Of a stretch of 64,000 bases of DNA, positions 60,965 to 64,000 are shown piece after piece (the first letter of the stretch is position 1; every line of letters begins with the position of its first letter). A model generated the notes under the pieces. The model had not been told where the DNA came from. It saw only the letters and a program-made list of their open reading frames with translations, and did no database searches. The DNA lies in NCBI GenBank assembly GCA_026770705.1, contig JANJGN010000021.1:111476001-111540000 (forward strand). The letters run 5' to 3'. A program made the translations under genes and the position numbers. Source of the stretch: Isurus oxyrinchus (Eukaryota).

Positions 60965-62430
60965 TTTTTTATTCATTCACGGGATGTGGGTGTTGCTGTC
61001 TGGGCCAGCATTTATCGCCCATCCCTAATTGCCCTTGAGAAGGTGGTGGTGAGCTGCCTTCTTGAACCGCTGCAATCCATGTGGTGTAGGAACACCCACA
61101 GTGTTGTTAGGACAGGAGTTCCAGGGTTTTGACCCAGCGACAGTGAAGGAACGGCGATATATTTCCAAGTCAGGATGGTGAGTGGCTTGGAGGGGAACTT
61201 CCAGGTGGTGGTGTTCCCATCTATCTGCTGCCCTTGTCCTTCTAGATGGTAGTGGTCATGAGTTTGGAAGGTGCTGTTGAAGGGGCCTTGGTGAATTCCT
61301 GCAGTGCATCTCGTAGATGGCACACACTGCTGCTACTGTATGTCAGCGGTTGAGGGAGTGAATGTTTGTGGATGAGGTGCCAATCAAATGGGCTGCTTTG
61401 TCCTGGAAGGTGTCAAGATTTTTGAGTGATGTTGGAGCTGCACTCATCCAGGCAAGTGAAGAGTATTCCATCACACTTATGCCTTGTAGATGGTGGACAG
61501 GCTTTGGGGAGTCAGGAGGTGGATTACTCGCCACACGATTCCTAGCCTCTGACCTGCTCTCGTAGCCACAGTATTTATATGGCTAGTCCAGTTCAGTTTC
61601 TGGTCAATGATAACCTCCAGGATGTTGATAGTGGGGGATTCAGTGATGATAATGCCATCGAACATCAGGGGGCGATGGTTGGATTCTCTCTTATTGGAGA
61701 TCATCATTGCCTGACACGAATGTTACTTGCTACTTGTCAGCCCAAGCCTGGATACTGTCCAGGTCTTGCTGCATTTGGACATTGACTGCTTCAGTATCTG
61801 AGGAGTTGTGAATGGTGCTGAACATCGTTCAATCATCAGCAAACATCTGACTTTATGATGGAAGGAAGGTAATTGATAGAGCAGCTGAAGATGGTTGGGC
61901 CAAGGACACTGAGGAACTCCCGCGGTGATGTCCTGGAGCTGAGATGACTGACCAACAACCACAACCATCTTCCTTTGTATTAGGTATGACTCCAACAAAT
62001 AGAGTTTTCCCCCTGATTTTCATTGACTCCAGTTTTGCTGGGACTCCTTGATGCCACACTGTCAAATGCTGCCTTGATGTCAAGGGCAGTCAGTCTCACC
62101 TCACCTCAGGAGCTCAGCTCTTTTGTCCATGTTTGAACCAAGGCTGTAATGAGGTCAGGAGTTGAGTGGCCCTGGCGGAATACAAACTGGGCATCAGTGA
62201 GCAGGTTATTGCTAAGCAAGTGCCGCCTGAAAGCACTGTTGATGGCGCCTTCTATCACTTAACTGATGATCGAGAGTAGACTCGTGATGGGTTGGATTTG
62301 TCCTGCTTTTTGTGGACAGGACATACCTGGGCAATTTTCCACATAGCCAGGCAGGTGCCAGTGTTGTAGCTGTACTGGAACAGCTTGGCTAGGGGCACGG
62401 AACGTTCTGGAGCACAAGTCTTCAGTCCTA
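60965..62430 (-). mobile_element. Non-LTR retrotransposon (CR1-superfamily) RT fragment, 5'-truncated and frameshifted
   Basis: WKIAQVCPVHKKQDKSNP, DITAGVPQ and IDQKLNWTSHINTVATRAGQRLG peptides; its 3' tail is shared with the tRNA-SINE family. Confidence 0.88.
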
Positions 62431-62434
62431 CAAG

Positions 62435-63360
62435 TACTGAGACTGTGTCCCCATGTTTTGGATTGCCCAACCAGCAGAAACAACCTTTCAGTGTCCACCC
62501 TATCGAGCCACTTCAGAACTTGTATGTTCTTCAAAACTCCAGAGAATGTAAGCCAAGTTCAGTCAGCCTGTCATCATAGGACAGGGGCCAATTTAGTGAA
62601 TCTTCGTTGTGCCACCTCCAATTCAAGTATATCTTTTCTTAAATGTGGAGACCAAACTGCACACAGTATTCCAGATGTGGTCTCACCAAAATCATGCACA
62701 ACTGTAGCAAGTTCTGTATTCTTTTATGCCAATCCCCTTGCAATAAAAGTCAGCATGCCATTTGCCTTCGTCATTGATTGTTGTACCTGCATGCTAACTT
62801 TCTGAGATCCTTGTATGAGCACACCCATGCTTCTCTGAATATCAACCTTTACACATTTGACACCTTTTAAAAAATATTGTGCTTTTCTATTCTTTTGACC
62901 AAAGTGAATAACTTCACATTTCCCCACGTTATACTCCATCTACCATCTTGTTGCCCACTCACCTAACCTGCCTCTATGGCTTTGTGTCCTCCTCACAACT
63001 TACATTCCCACCTAGGTTTGTATGATAGTAAACTTTGATACATTACCCTCTGACTCTTCATCTGAGTCATTAATATAGGTTGCAAATAGCTGAGGGCCCA
63101 GCACTGATCCTTGCAGCACTCCACCAGTCACAACCTGCCAACTTGAGAATGCCCCATTTACGCCTACATTTTGCTTTCTGTCTGTTAGCCAATCCTCTAT
63201 CCACGCTAATATATTACTTCCCCAGATTCATGAGCCCTAAACTTGCCCATTGACCTTTGGTCTGGCACCTTATTGAATGCCTTTTGAAAATCCAGATATA
63301 CTACATCTACTGGTTCCCCTTTACTTACTAGTTACATCCTGAACAAACTCTAATAAATTT
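62435..63360 (-). mobile_element. CR1-like LINE RT fragment
   Basis: MEYNVGKCEVIHFGQKN...KANGMLTFIARGL and WLDRVDTERLF peptides. Confidence 0.85.
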
Positions 63361-63841
63361 ACACATCAACCAAATCAGATGTATGTGAGCTGTAACTAAG
63401 TAAAATTATAATGCCAGAGATCAGGCAGCAATTTCCTTCAGCATGTCAATTAGTGTCAATGCTTTCCTTTTCAGGTTGCATGACAAGTGAGAGTACTCTC
63501 GACTTGTGCTGATCCTGATATAGGATTACATGGAAGGTTCATGGCTCTCCATGAACCAGAGAGTGCTCCTTCAACAATATTCTTCCCTCCATCAACAGCA
63601 CCAAAGCTGACATATACCTGATTGAAGTTTGTGGGAACTTACTGTGCACAAATTGGCTACTGTGTTTCTTGCATTGCAGCACTTCAAAACTATTTAACTG
63701 GCTTTTAACTGGCCCTTGGGGACATTCTGAGGTTGTGAAAATCGCTATATAAATGCAAATCTTTCTTCCTTTCCAAACTTCTGCTGTCAGGCTTGCCATC
63801 TTAGAGATAAATGTCGCTTAAAGAGAATCAGTCTACCTCAC

Positions 63842-63880
63842 CGCTCTTAAAAAAGGAAGGTTTATGAGGAATTTGAATGC
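63842..63880 (-). CDS. Candidate 39-bp phase 1-1 exon upstream of the second B30.2 exon
   Basis: ctttgtacagtaacag|GC ATT CAA ATT CCT CAT AAA CCT TCC TTT TTT AAG AGC G|gtgagg; open and phase-compatible with the 58924 acceptor; no homology support. Confidence 0.3.
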
Positions 63881-64000
63881 CTGTTACTGTACAAAGTAGA
63901 AGTTGGAATCTCCTGTGAGATGAATGGTTACTAAAGGTTTTCGTGACAATGCCCCGAAATCTATCCACCAACCTGCCTCAAACCCAGGAAGAAAGTGTAT

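Overview
Eukaryotic, repeat-rich vertebrate DNA, most likely a cartilaginous fish (inferred from the gene and repeat families; no species can be assigned). Three protein-coding loci are visible. (1) A minus-strand immunoglobulin-superfamily gene at ~4533-15074: a leader exon, one exon encoding a complete V domain with the J-like G strand already joined (no RSS), and three C1-set exons, all linked by phase-1 GT-AG introns. No transmembrane exon was found. This matches the architecture of the non-rearranging, MHC-linked shark antibody-like gene UrIg. (2) A complete six-exon plus-strand TRIM gene (RING, B-box, coiled-coil, B30.2/PRY-SPRY; 496 aa) at 36975-44230. (3) The B30.2 exon of a convergent paralogue at 58377-58924. 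The rest is mostly mobile DNA: Penelope-like elements (RT + GIY-YIG) with hammerhead-ribozyme motifs, many small TSD-flanked non-autonomous hairpin derivatives of them, CR1/L2/RTE LINEs, tRNA-derived SINEs, a two-ORF Harbinger remnant just upstream of the Ig-like gene, Harbinger-type MITEs, an old LTR element, minisatellites, a foldback-like intronic element and a 238-N assembly gap. Exon and TSD coordinates were read by eye; most repeat boundaries are approximate.
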